IMG/VR virus record: IMGVR_UViG_3300021364_003460
Coordinates: 32,001 to 96,000 of that record
Source: a virus
Reading direction: 5' to 3' (one strand)
Length of the DNA: 64,000 bases
Positions 52,514 through 62,154 of the stretch are shown one piece after another. Numbering within the stretch: position 1 is the first letter of the stretch; every line of letters starts with the position of its first letter. The translations under genes and the position numbers were made by a program. The notes under the pieces were generated by a model, which had not been told where the DNA came from, did not search any database, and worked only from the letters and a program-made list of their open reading frames with translations.

Positions 52514-53584
52514 AAATCCGCTTTAGCTAAGTTATATGCTACATCTACACTCTGTTATAACAGACCTGAAGGAGAGTACGAACCCTGTGGAGAATGTCCA
52601 GTTTGCTTAGGTGAAGATGTCAGCAATATTTCTCACTATACTATTCACAATACTACTTCAGCTTGGGAACCTATTAGAGATTTAGTATTAAAGAGTAAGA
52701 CTGCTCCTGAAGTTAATAGAGAAGGTGTTAGAGCAGACCAATATAGAAGGTTTATTATTCTAGATGAGATACAAAATGCTAGTCCTGAACTGTTAGCTCT
52801 TCTGTATGATGCCTTAGAGTATGCTCCTTCTACTACAACTTGGATAATTATATCTATGGATTTAGATAAGTTAGTTTCCAAGAATGCTGCTACTGCTGAA
52901 GCTATTACAGGTAGGTGTGCTGAATTACATTTACCTAGCTTTGCTGACTCTACTATTGCTACTGCTATAGCTAACAAAACAGACTTGAATTATGAAGCTG
53001 CTTTAGCCATAGCTAAGTTGAGTAAAGGTAACATGAGAAAAGCCTGGACTAACTTAGCTCAATTTAAAACTTTAGTAGAAGAAGAGAGTGAGATAACAGA
53101 AGATTTAGTTCTTTATTCTAGAAGTGGTGGGGCTACTAAAGAAAACAGATTAGCTATGTGGAAAGCATTAGCTAATGGAGATGGTAAAACAGTAAAAAGA
53201 CTTATAGATGACTGGACTGAGAAAGCTGCTGACATTAAATTAGTTGGTAGCTTACTACAAATGGATATTATAGAAAACTTAAATTCTCCATCTAAAGAAA
53301 TACAGTCTTTGTTAGCTGCATTAGGTAGATGGTATACTGGATTTAACTATCCTCTAGTTACTGTTTTTATGAGTCATCTTGGTACTAAAGTTATCCAGTT
53401 TCCTAATGCTGAAGAAAGAGAGTTGAGAAAGCAAGTTAGAGAACAAAAAGTAGAAGCTGTAGTAAATGTAGCTGATGTAGTATCACAGCAGTTGATAAAA
53501 GGTCAAGCTAACACATTTAAGTTACCTCCACTGTTAATAGCTACAGATTATAAAGAGTTAATGCTGCATTATGACAGAAACTAA
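52514..53584 (+). CDS. dnaX: clamp loader ATPase (DnaX gamma/tau-like), exon 2
   Basis: KSALAK, Zn motif PCGECPVC, ILDEIQ (Walker B), GRC (SRC-like), GNMRKA; spliced product 414 aa. Confidence 0.9.
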   Translation, partial: KSALAKLYATSTLCYNRPEGEYEPCGECPVCLGEDVSNISHYTIHNTTSAWEPIRDLVLKSKTAPEVNREGVRADQYRRFIILDEIQNASPELLALLYDALEYAPSTTTWIIISMDLDKLVSKNAATAEAITGRCAELHLPSFADSTIATAIANKTDLNYEAALAIAKLSKGNMRKAWTNLAQFKTLVEEESEITEDLVLYSRSGGATKENRLAMWKALANGDGKTVKRLIDDWTEKAADIKLVGSLLQMDIIENLNSPSKEIQSLLAALGRWYTGFNYPLVTVFMSHLGTKVIQFPNAEERELRKQVREQKVEAVVNVADVVSQQLIKGQANTFKLPPLLIATDYKELMLHYDRN

Positions 53585-53846
53585 AGTAAATAGAGTAATA
53601 AGAATCTTTGATAAGTTCTCTGACTCTTTAGTAGAAGAAATTTATATAAATGTAGAAAATAAATCAAAAGAGTTAGAAATTCTACAAATTCTATTTGGAG
53701 TAGAAAAAGATAATCTCATGTATGATTGCTATCCTATTACTACAGAAGAACAGTTTAGGTTTCTAGCTTTAAATTTTGATGTACCTTTAGATACTTTTGA
53801 TGATGACACTAAAGAGTATTTTCTAGAAGCAGATGCAGTTAATTAA
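53571..53846 (+). CDS. hypothetical protein
   Basis: 91-aa acidic ORF. Confidence 0.55.
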   Translation: MTETKVNRVIRIFDKFSDSLVEEIYINVENKSKELEILQILFGVEKDNLMYDCYPITTEEQFRFLALNFDVPLDTFDDDTKEYFLEADAVN

Positions 53847-54016
53847 GTTTAAAGAACTTCCAGTACCAACTTACTTTACTTATGAAAACATTCATTACCA
53901 AAAGATGACTAAAACTAAAGTAAGAGAGTTTGGTACTACTACAAAAAGGGTAATTAGAAGTGATCCTAAAGTTACTTATTGAAGACAAGACATTAATGAA
54001 ATGTTAATAGGAATTA

Positions 54017-54844
54017 ATGAAAGTAACTGATGCTCCTCTTTCTCTAGTCTCCTATCATATACAGCAAAAGGAAAAGATAATTCCCAACCTGTACAGACCT
54101 GAGACAGAGAAGGAGTTATTAAGTGTACTAAGGTTGGGGACTCCTTATGAACCAACCTTTAGTTTGATAGAGTACAAAGATAAACCACCTGCCAACTTAC
54201 AGGTAAGTGCATTTAATACAGTTTATCTTTGTACTAAAGAAGTAGATAGCTGGAGAGAACTTAATAAGAGTTGGATAGAAATACTAAAGTTATATCCAGA
54301 ACTTTATAAAGAAAACTTAAATAGATTTAAGAAACTATTTGACTTTGAAGCGCAAGATTACTTATGGGAAACCTACAAGAACTATCCCAAGAAGTTAACT
54401 TCAGAAGTAATTAAAATAGTATTAACACACCCTAAAAGAAAGCAGACTATAGAAGACTTAGGTGTAAAGAACCAAAAAGAAGTAAATGTCTTTTTAGATA
54501 TCTGTCTAAACTTAGGAAATGTAGAATACTCTAAAACTATATTTGAGTTATCAGAAAGTTCTCTCAAATTGCTATTTATTGGTAGTGATAAAAAACCTCC
54601 TTATATTTATTACTTTCTAGTAGGTAGTAAAAGGAAAACAGGTAATAACCCAGAGTTATGGCAAGCTGTACAGATATTACAGGAAGCAGTTAATAGTAAA
54701 TACATTCCTATAAATATAGGTGCAGTATTGTTTAACCAATGGGTTAGTAGTGTAACAAAGATACAACTTAATTATAAGAAGTATCAATATCAGTTTGATT
54801 GTAATAATTTAATTGAATTAGAAAGTTTACTTAAAGGATTTTAA
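54017..54844 (+). CDS. hypothetical protein (possible clamp-loader delta-like subunit, by context only)
   Basis: 275 aa next to dnaX; no diagnostic motif. Confidence 0.3.
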   Translation: MKVTDAPLSLVSYHIQQKEKIIPNLYRPETEKELLSVLRLGTPYEPTFSLIEYKDKPPANLQVSAFNTVYLCTKEVDSWRELNKSWIEILKLYPELYKENLNRFKKLFDFEAQDYLWETYKNYPKKLTSEVIKIVLTHPKRKQTIEDLGVKNQKEVNVFLDICLNLGNVEYSKTIFELSESSLKLLFIGSDKKPPYIYYFLVGSKRKTGNNPELWQAVQILQEAVNSKYIPINIGAVLFNQWVSSVTKIQLNYKKYQYQFDCNNLIELESLLKGF

Positions 54845-54858
54845 AAAGGAAATTAATT

Positions 54859-56025
54859 ATGTCAGATTTAGCATTAGTCAACAATGACGCTATTTTAGAT
54901 GAATTAGCTTTGTTATATGGAGTAGAAACAGAAGAACCAGAAAGACATCAAGGTAATAGAATTGTTTATACAAATAAAACTAAAGTAGATGGAATTAGAG
55001 TAGTTAAAGGTAAATCTTGGCAAGAAGGAGACACTTTTAAATGGAATGTTCCCAACTCAGAAGAAATAGAAGACTTTGAAGATGAATTACCTGCTGTACA
55101 TGAAATTGAAGGGTTTATTGTACATAGTGAAATTCAACCTAAACTAGATATAGAAAATGAAGATAACTCAGAAAGAGCTACTAAAACTATTTGTTCTGTA
55201 GTTGGCTATAAAAAAGGAGATAACTATGTTAAAGAATTACCTTCTACTATTAATTTAGGTTACAGAAATGGTTCTGTTTATGGAAGTATGTATGGTGGCT
55301 GGATTAAAACAAGTGAAAAGAGTCATCCAGATCATCTTAAACCTAATGCTGACTTAGAACAATATGGATTCTTAGGAAGTAGAGGTAAATCCTGTTTAGA
55401 TTGCATTAAATGTGGTGAATCTACCTACACTAATAATAAGGGTAAAACTTTTGAGTGTACTCCAGATGCAAGAATCTTTGTCTACGTAACTCACTTTATT
55501 AGAAATAAAAAAAATGAGCAAGTGAGAGTTTCAGTTAAAGACCTCTTAGGTGAAGATGGGGTTATTTTGATGTTTAGCCTATCTCATAAATTAGGTATGG
55601 TGGGTAATTACAACAAAGATAATCCTGAGTTAAACAGAGACTCCTACTTAAGATTCTTATCTAATTTACATAGAGCATTCTGGAGCAAAAAAGCTACTTA
55701 TGCTGAGATTGATCCTAGAGTAAATCACCAAATTAGAATTTCTATCAAACCTCCACTACCTAAAACAAAGAACACTAAAAACTATTTACATTTTACTGAA
55801 ATATTTCCTTGTGACAAAGGAGCTTTAGTGCAGGCAGCTAAGTATTGGAGAACATTATTACCCCCTAAAGAAACAGAAATCTTAGATCCCTCTAACTGGG
55901 TTATTAATGGAGTAGGAGGTACTACAGTCTACTCTTCTGCTAAAGTAGATGACTCTGTAGATTATGAAGTCTATCCTGCTTTACCTGAATCAGAAGATGA
56001 GCCCGATTCAGGTATCCCATTCTAA
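54859..56025 (+). CDS. putative ssDNA-binding or annealing protein
   Basis: Acidic tail ESEDEPDSGIPF resembles the SSB DDDIPF tail; CxxC..C motif; replication context. Confidence 0.45.
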   Translation: MSDLALVNNDAILDELALLYGVETEEPERHQGNRIVYTNKTKVDGIRVVKGKSWQEGDTFKWNVPNSEEIEDFEDELPAVHEIEGFIVHSEIQPKLDIENEDNSERATKTICSVVGYKKGDNYVKELPSTINLGYRNGSVYGSMYGGWIKTSEKSHPDHLKPNADLEQYGFLGSRGKSCLDCIKCGESTYTNNKGKTFECTPDARIFVYVTHFIRNKKNEQVRVSVKDLLGEDGVILMFSLSHKLGMVGNYNKDNPELNRDSYLRFLSNLHRAFWSKKATYAEIDPRVNHQIRISIKPPLPKTKNTKNYLHFTEIFPCDKGALVQAAKYWRTLLPPKETEILDPSNWVINGVGGTTVYSSAKVDDSVDYEVYPALPESEDEPDSGIPF

Positions 56026-56047
56026 ATTAGTCTAGTTTACTAATAGT

Positions 56048-56074
56048 ACACTTAGGTGAACTTCACCTAAGTGT
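56048..56074. repeat. 27-bp interrupted palindrome
   Basis: ACACTTAGGTGAA-C-TTCACCTAAGTGT. Confidence 0.8.
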
Positions 56075-56098
56075 CTTTAACATTTACAACTGAATAAG

Positions 56099-57565
56099 AT
56101 GACTAAAGTAAATATAAGATTTAATGCAGCTATCTGTAAGATAGAAGGTTTAAATAGGGATATTGTAGAAGCTATTAAATATAGATTTAGAGTTGAACTA
56201 ACTGAAGAAAGATATCAAGATTACAAAACTAAAACTAGACTACCTTTAACTAAAGAAAGTGCTAACTATTATTTAGTAGAAGAGTTTGATAAGTATATTC
56301 AGATTCCTACAGGTTTACTTTTAAAGTTAGTTAACTATCTGAAAACTATTAAAGTTGAATATAATTTACATAAACAAATTCAACCTGCTGGTTTAGATAG
56401 AAAACCTTATATATCTCTTAGAGAGGAGCAACAGTTAGCTGTAGATAAGTTTATTGCTAACAAGAGAGGTATTATTAAGGCTCCTACCTCATGGGGAAAA
56501 TCGAGAACAATAGCTGAATTATGTAGACAATTTAGTAATCAAACTAAAATACTTATTTTAGTACCTACAGTTCTTTTGCTTTATCAGATGCAGCAGGATA
56601 TAGTTGACTATATTGGTATGAGTAAAGAAGATATAGGTCTAATTGGAGATGGTAATTACATTACTAGAAATCTTATTACTGTAGCTATACCTGATACTTT
56701 AGCTAGTAAAATACAAAACTTAGACTCTGAAGTAATTAGTTATTTACATTCAGTAAATGTAGTAATAAATGATGAACAGCATACTCATTTAACTCCTACT
56801 ACTTTTGCTATCAGTGATTTTTTAGTAAATACAGAATACAGATTTGGATTATCAGCTACTCCTACTTTAGATAATTTTAGTGAAGCATTAATAGGAACTA
56901 AACTTCATGAGTTCTCTGTAAAAGAAAGTATGAAAAGTAATACTATTGAGACTCCTGAAATTATATTTCATAAGATTACAAAGAAGGTAGATATCACTCC
57001 TAAATTAGCTAACTTTAAGTTTGAACAATTTACCCCTAAAGAAATGAAAATATATAACAATCTTTATGATAAAATAATTTGTTCTAACTCATATAGAAAT
57101 CAGTTAGCAGCTTCAATAGTAGAACAAGAATTAGAAGAAGATAGGATCATATTAGTTTTAGTTAAGAAAGTAGCTACTTCTGGAGGAACAGTTAACCATG
57201 CTGAGATTATGCAAACTTATTTAGCTGCATTAGGAATTAACTTTGAGATTGTGCATGGTAAATCTAAAAACAAACAGGAGCTACTAGATAAGTTAGCTAA
57301 TGAAGAGATTAAAGGTTTAATAGCCTCTGTAGGTATTCTGTCTGAAGGAGTATCTATTAACTCTATATCTAGTTTAGTAAATCTTAGTGCTGGCTCTAAT
57401 GAAAAAGACTTTATACAAAGAGCTGGTAGAACATTAAGAAAAGGAAGACTGCAACCTAGAATACATGACTTTGTAGACTGTCAATATCCTTTTAATAATC
57501 AATCTAAAACTAGATTAGAGATTGCTAAGAAAGAGTATGGTTCAGAAAATGTAATAGTAATTTAA
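56099..57565 (+). CDS. SF2 helicase (UvsW/ResIII-like)
   Basis: EEQ, APTSWGKS, NDEQH, GLSATP, LSEGVSI, QRAGRTLR. Confidence 0.9.
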   Translation: MTKVNIRFNAAICKIEGLNRDIVEAIKYRFRVELTEERYQDYKTKTRLPLTKESANYYLVEEFDKYIQIPTGLLLKLVNYLKTIKVEYNLHKQIQPAGLDRKPYISLREEQQLAVDKFIANKRGIIKAPTSWGKSRTIAELCRQFSNQTKILILVPTVLLLYQMQQDIVDYIGMSKEDIGLIGDGNYITRNLITVAIPDTLASKIQNLDSEVISYLHSVNVVINDEQHTHLTPTTFAISDFLVNTEYRFGLSATPTLDNFSEALIGTKLHEFSVKESMKSNTIETPEIIFHKITKKVDITPKLANFKFEQFTPKEMKIYNNLYDKIICSNSYRNQLAASIVEQELEEDRIILVLVKKVATSGGTVNHAEIMQTYLAALGINFEIVHGKSKNKQELLDKLANEEIKGLIASVGILSEGVSINSISSLVNLSAGSNEKDFIQRAGRTLRKGRLQPRIHDFVDCQYPFNNQSKTRLEIAKKEYGSENVIVI

Positions 57566-57590
57566 TAACTAAATATAAGGAGATTTAAGT

Positions 57591-58871
57591 GTGACTACTG
57601 AATTAGAGTCTATTTCAGGCTGCCCTGGTTCTGGAAAAAGCTTTCTACTTAAACAAAAACCTAATACTTTACTTACTTCAACTACAGGTATCACTGCTCT
57701 TAATTTAGGAGATAGTAATAGAACTATTAACTCTACATTAGGGTTCTTTAATAGAAAAGAGTTAGCTGCAAAGTCTAGCTTAGGAGAAGTGTTTCCTAGA
57801 TTGTTAAAAATTAGTAGTTTATATAAGTATATTGCTATAGATGAAATAAGTATGCAGTCAGGAGAAGTAACTGACTTAATTGTTAAAGAGATAGCTAACC
57901 ATAATAAAATAGTATCTGAGTCAAAAAAATATTCTAAAAAACATAATTTATTAGGTTTAATTTTAGCTGGGGATGCAGGGCAACTCCCTTATGTAGCAGA
58001 CAAAGATGATATTAGAAATGGTATATCTAATAAACCTTATTTTAAAGCAGCTACTTATAAATTCTTTAAACAGACAAATTTAACTGAAATAAAGAGACAG
58101 AATGATAAACAGTTTATTGAAGCTCTTAATTATCTCAGATATGGTAAAGCTAAAGAAGTGGTAGACTGGTTTATAGATAAAGTAGAGTTTAGTAATACTA
58201 TAGATGACAATTGGGAAGGATCTACTTTTTTTGCTATTAATAAAGAAGTAGATGAGTATAATTATGAAAGGTTAGAAAAGTTAAATACTCCTGAGAAAAC
58301 TTACTATGCAGAATACTCAGGTATACCTAATAAAGATTGGGATAGAAACATACCTAATTCTATTACAGTAAAACCAGGTATGAAAGTAATGATTCTAGTT
58401 AACAACTTTGAGGAAATGTATGCTAATGGAGATTTAGGTATTCTAATAGATTGCTTTCCTCAAGGAGTATTAGTTGAGTTAGCTAGAGATAAAAGACAAG
58501 TTTTAGTAAACTACAGAACAGTCTATAATACATCTATCTCTATTAGTAAAAAGACTGGATTGCCTTATGAAAAAAGAATAGGTAGTTGTAATTATCTTCC
58601 TATTAGACAAGGAGACAGTTCAAGTTTTCATAAAGCACAAGGACTTACTTTAGATAAAGTCCAACTATCTATAACTGGCAAAGGTGGAGACTTTTTAAAA
58701 AGACTTAGTGGGGGGCTCTATACAGGCATTACTAGAGTAACTGACTATAAAGGTCTTAGAATAGTAGGTACTAAAGATGACTTTATTAGAGCTTGTTATA
58801 TTAATCCTCTATATCTAGACTACCTACTCAAATTAGACTCACTAAATCAACCTCAACTTATGGCAGCCTAA
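57591..58871 (+). CDS. Pif1/RecD-like SF1B helicase
   Basis: GCPGSGKS, TTGITA, TINS, IDEISM, GDAGQLP, RQND, KAQGLTLD, TGITRV. Confidence 0.9.
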   Translation: MTTELESISGCPGSGKSFLLKQKPNTLLTSTTGITALNLGDSNRTINSTLGFFNRKELAAKSSLGEVFPRLLKISSLYKYIAIDEISMQSGEVTDLIVKEIANHNKIVSESKKYSKKHNLLGLILAGDAGQLPYVADKDDIRNGISNKPYFKAATYKFFKQTNLTEIKRQNDKQFIEALNYLRYGKAKEVVDWFIDKVEFSNTIDDNWEGSTFFAINKEVDEYNYERLEKLNTPEKTYYAEYSGIPNKDWDRNIPNSITVKPGMKVMILVNNFEEMYANGDLGILIDCFPQGVLVELARDKRQVLVNYRTVYNTSISISKKTGLPYEKRIGSCNYLPIRQGDSSSFHKAQGLTLDKVQLSITGKGGDFLKRLSGGLYTGITRVTDYKGLRIVGTKDDFIRACYINPLYLDYLLKLDSLNQPQLMAA

Positions 58872-58900
58872 ATTACCTATAGTTTTAGAGTAATTGTTAT

Positions 58901-60178
58901 ATGTTATCCCCTCAAGAAAGAAAAGAAAGAATACTAAGTGAAATTAAGATTAGCCAAATAGTTAATGTAAAAGATTATGGGAGTTCTACTTGTCCTTGTT
59001 GTGGTAAGTCTAATAAATTTAGTATTCATAGTAATAGAGGTAAATGCTGGTCTAGCTACTGTGAGTTAAACAAATCATTAGATGTAATTAGTCTTTATCA
59101 ATGGAAGCATAACTTAGCTGATAGATGGGAAGCTACTAAAGCTATAGAACAAGAGTTTAATTTACCTGTAGGTAGTAATAAACCTAATGAGAGAAGTCAA
59201 TTATTAGAGCAATGTTTAATTATCTACCAAAAGTATTTATGGTCTAATCAGCAAGCATTAGATTACTTAAGGAATAGAGGCTTTTTAGAAGAAACTATTA
59301 GAGAACTAGGTTTAGGTTATGCACCTGATTTTAGCTGCCTTACTAAACAGGGTATTAAAACTACTGACTTACAAAGAGAAGGATTATATAAAGAAGGTAA
59401 AGAATACTACTCTAAAAGAATCATCTTTCCTATTAGAAATAAATTTGGGCATTTAGTTCACTTTCAAGGCAGATATATATTGCCTATAGCTAAAGATGAT
59501 AAAGGTGAAGATACTATTCCTAAATATAAAGATAGTAGACCTGCTAACAATAAAACTACTAAAGACTTTCTCTATTTAGAAGAACATATAGAAAAATATC
59601 TTAAGTCTAGTAATATGTTATATGTAGCTGAAGGTTGTCCTGATACTATCTCTTTATGGCAGAAAGGATTACCTGTGGTTGGTTCACTAGGTTTAGAGAA
59701 ATTAACTAGTCACATTAATAAACTAAAGAAGTTTGATTACATAGTTTTTATGTTTGACAATGATACTTACCCTTCTCACCATCCTAAATATTCTTTAGAA
59801 TATAAAAGCTGGGTTAGAGTTATACCTCAACTAATAGACTTACAAATAGCTTTACCTACTACTAACTTTTATACTTGCTTAGTTCCTCATCATACTATCC
59901 ATAAACAAAATAAGTATGCTGTTGAGACTAAGGATATTAATGAGTGGTTAACAATAGGACAGCTAACTAAAGATGAAGTAGAAAAGTACATTAATTCTAA
60001 GAAAAAAGAGTTTGTTAGTTCTCTAGTTGAACAAGAAGGTAGTAACATTAGCTATCACTTTAACTTACTTAAACTTATTCAGGTTACTGGTAAACACTAT
60101 CTTAAAGAAGAGCTATTTAGATTCCTACCTCCAATGAAGTCTCCTATAGATTATGCTTGTGAAGTGTTGGCTGCTTAA
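58901..60178 (+). CDS. dnaG: DnaG-type primase
   Basis: Zn finger CPCC...C..C, YL.NRG, LGYAP, RIIFPI, FQGR, KY, EG..D, FDND, KDINE. Confidence 0.92.
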   Translation: MLSPQERKERILSEIKISQIVNVKDYGSSTCPCCGKSNKFSIHSNRGKCWSSYCELNKSLDVISLYQWKHNLADRWEATKAIEQEFNLPVGSNKPNERSQLLEQCLIIYQKYLWSNQQALDYLRNRGFLEETIRELGLGYAPDFSCLTKQGIKTTDLQREGLYKEGKEYYSKRIIFPIRNKFGHLVHFQGRYILPIAKDDKGEDTIPKYKDSRPANNKTTKDFLYLEEHIEKYLKSSNMLYVAEGCPDTISLWQKGLPVVGSLGLEKLTSHINKLKKFDYIVFMFDNDTYPSHHPKYSLEYKSWVRVIPQLIDLQIALPTTNFYTCLVPHHTIHKQNKYAVETKDINEWLTIGQLTKDEVEKYINSKKKEFVSSLVEQEGSNISYHFNLLKLIQVTGKHYLKEELFRFLPPMKSPIDYACEVLAA

Positions 60179-60180
60179 TT

Positions 60181-60807
60181 ATGTTATATGCTTTCTCTTA
60201 CATATTAGATGAGATTAATGTAATACTTCCTTTTAATATAGTTGCTATTAAGATTCCTGAAGATAACAAAAAGGAAGTATACTCTTTAGTAAAAGATTTA
60301 GACTTAAAAAACATTAATTTTAGAACCTCTAAAAGTATACTTACTAAACTTAAAAAAGCTAATATCAAATATAGTTACTTTGAGTTAGGTAAATTTGAGG
60401 TAGAAAAATATGGACTTGAATCAGCTTACTACAGACAGATTAGATATTTTAGTAATTTAGATGACCTAACAGTAAGTAATCTAAATTCTAACCTGTCTAA
60501 CTTTCCTGAAGGTATTACCTACTTTAAAGAGTTTAGTAGTGTACCTGAATTAACAATAAGCTATCTTTACTCAAAGTACATTAGAGAATACTATTTAAAA
60601 AGAATAAATCTACAATATCCAGAACTTCAAATAATTAAACATAAAGGAAAGTTAACCAAACAACATAAGCGTATATTACTTAACTTAAATAATCTACCTA
60701 ACTTTTATAATGAAAGTTTTCTAATTAACTATTTCTTAAGTAAACAGATAGTACCTAAATGGGCTAACAACTATATTAAAACCAATTATGAGCAGCTTAT
60801 TAAATAA
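60181..60807 (+). CDS. hypothetical protein
   Basis: 208-aa ORF. Confidence 0.55.
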   Translation: MLYAFSYILDEINVILPFNIVAIKIPEDNKKEVYSLVKDLDLKNINFRTSKSILTKLKKANIKYSYFELGKFEVEKYGLESAYYRQIRYFSNLDDLTVSNLNSNLSNFPEGITYFKEFSSVPELTISYLYSKYIREYYLKRINLQYPELQIIKHKGKLTKQHKRILLNLNNLPNFYNESFLINYFLSKQIVPKWANNYIKTNYEQLIK

Positions 60808-61183
60808 ACTATTTATAGATTCTTTCTCTTACTTTGAGAAGAAAGAGTTGACTATACCAGAAGCTCTTAAAGTTACCGATATCTTATTGCTAAGTATAAA
60901 TGTAAATACTTCTAAGTCAGATGAGTTTACTTCTTATCTAGATAACTTTATTGAGTTAAACAAACTATTGTCTAATCACTTTCCTAACCTTACAGAAAAG
61001 GAAACAGAGATGTTAGATAACAGTAGGTATGAGTTAGTAAAAACATTAAAGGAAGAAAAGAAACCAGAGGCTTTAGCTAAGATTAAAGAAAGAAGATTAG
61101 AACTTTATAATAAACATCATTCAGAGTTAGTTAGTAAAGTCAAAGAATACAAAAATGAATTAACCAATATTAAAGCAGCATAG
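60788..61183 (+). CDS. hypothetical protein
   Basis: 131-aa ORF ending -KAA. Confidence 0.55.
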   Translation: MSSLLNKLFIDSFSYFEKKELTIPEALKVTDILLLSINVNTSKSDEFTSYLDNFIELNKLLSNHFPNLTEKETEMLDNSRYELVKTLKEEKKPEALAKIKERRLELYNKHHSELVSKVKEYKNELTNIKAA

Positions 61184-61192
61184 AGGAGCATA

Positions 61193-61534
61193 ATGAATGA
61201 CCAGTTTAAACAATTAGTAAATACAGATGAGAGAGTAATAAAAGGTAAACTACCTGTATTACAAAAGTCCAATGACCCAGATCACTATGAAAGGAGAAAG
61301 CAACAGAGAGCTATTACTGAGGAAATGGTAGCTTTATGTCTATCTTATGGTGAAAAGAAAAGGATTAGAGGCGCATTGACTTATACTATTCTAGATAAAA
61401 ACTTGAAAGATACTAGATACCAAAAGTACCTATCTGAATTAAGGGGGTTAAGAGTTGTTTTAAATAAGTTAAATGAAGATTCCTTATTAGGTATCCATAC
61501 AGTTTACTGGGTAGACTCTGTTAGAAAGAAGTAA
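61193..61534 (+). CDS. DUF4258-like protein
   Basis: H..RR.QQRAI........YG...RVV pattern; GAGGAG RBS. Confidence 0.55.
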   Translation: MNDQFKQLVNTDERVIKGKLPVLQKSNDPDHYERRKQQRAITEEMVALCLSYGEKKRIRGALTYTILDKNLKDTRYQKYLSELRGLRVVLNKLNEDSLLGIHTVYWVDSVRKK

Positions 61535-61551
61535 AATATATTACTACTATT

Positions 61552-62124
61552 ATGCCTACTATTATTTCTATTGACCCTGGAGCTAAAGGTTTTATTACTG
61601 TATTAGAATTAGTAAAACAATATCCTGTTGAGTGTATTCCTATTCCCACTATTAAAATAAAGATTAATAAAAGAAATAGAACTAAAATTGATGAGGATAT
61701 GTTATCTAAACAGTTACATATATTAGTAGACAAATACAGACCTATTGAAATAGTTATTGAAAAACAGCAAGTTATCTCAGGCAGTAAAAATAATAAAGGT
61801 GAAATAGTTAATCAAGGTATAGTTTCATCTGCTTCTACTATGGAACACTTTGGTTGGTTAAAAGGTTTTTGTGATGGTAAACAAATTAAGAGAACTGTAG
61901 TAGCTGCTAAAACCTGGCAGACTATATATCCAGAGTATGTAAAGAAAGCAGACAAAGTAACAACTAAAGATAAAAGTAAACTGTATTGCTCTATTTTATT
62001 TCCTGACTTAGACCTTAAAAAGTCTGCTAGAAGTAAAGTAGTTAGTGATGGTAAAACAGATAGCATTCTTATTGGAGTATGGAGAGCAAGACAACTTCAG
62101 TTAGATAACCAAATAGCAGCTTAG
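61552..62124 (+). CDS. ruvC: RuvC-like Holliday junction resolvase
   Basis: ISIDPG..G, IVIEKQ, G.LKG, KTWQ, DG..DSILI. Confidence 0.8.
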   Translation: MPTIISIDPGAKGFITVLELVKQYPVECIPIPTIKIKINKRNRTKIDEDMLSKQLHILVDKYRPIEIVIEKQQVISGSKNNKGEIVNQGIVSSASTMEHFGWLKGFCDGKQIKRTVVAAKTWQTIYPEYVKKADKVTTKDKSKLYCSILFPDLDLKKSARSKVVSDGKTDSILIGVWRARQLQLDNQIAA

Positions 62125-62154
62125 TGTAAACAGCTCAATAAAACTAAATAACAA

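Noticed and set aside
4525-62066. Short shadow ORFs in the track (4525, 8969, 9743, 14298, 19987, 22301, 23683, 23878, 25042, 34276, 37298, 46857, 47337, 47948, 49737, 52645, 54382, 61521, 61812)
   Set aside because: They lie within or across better-supported genes on another frame or strand, with compositions typical of antisense translation
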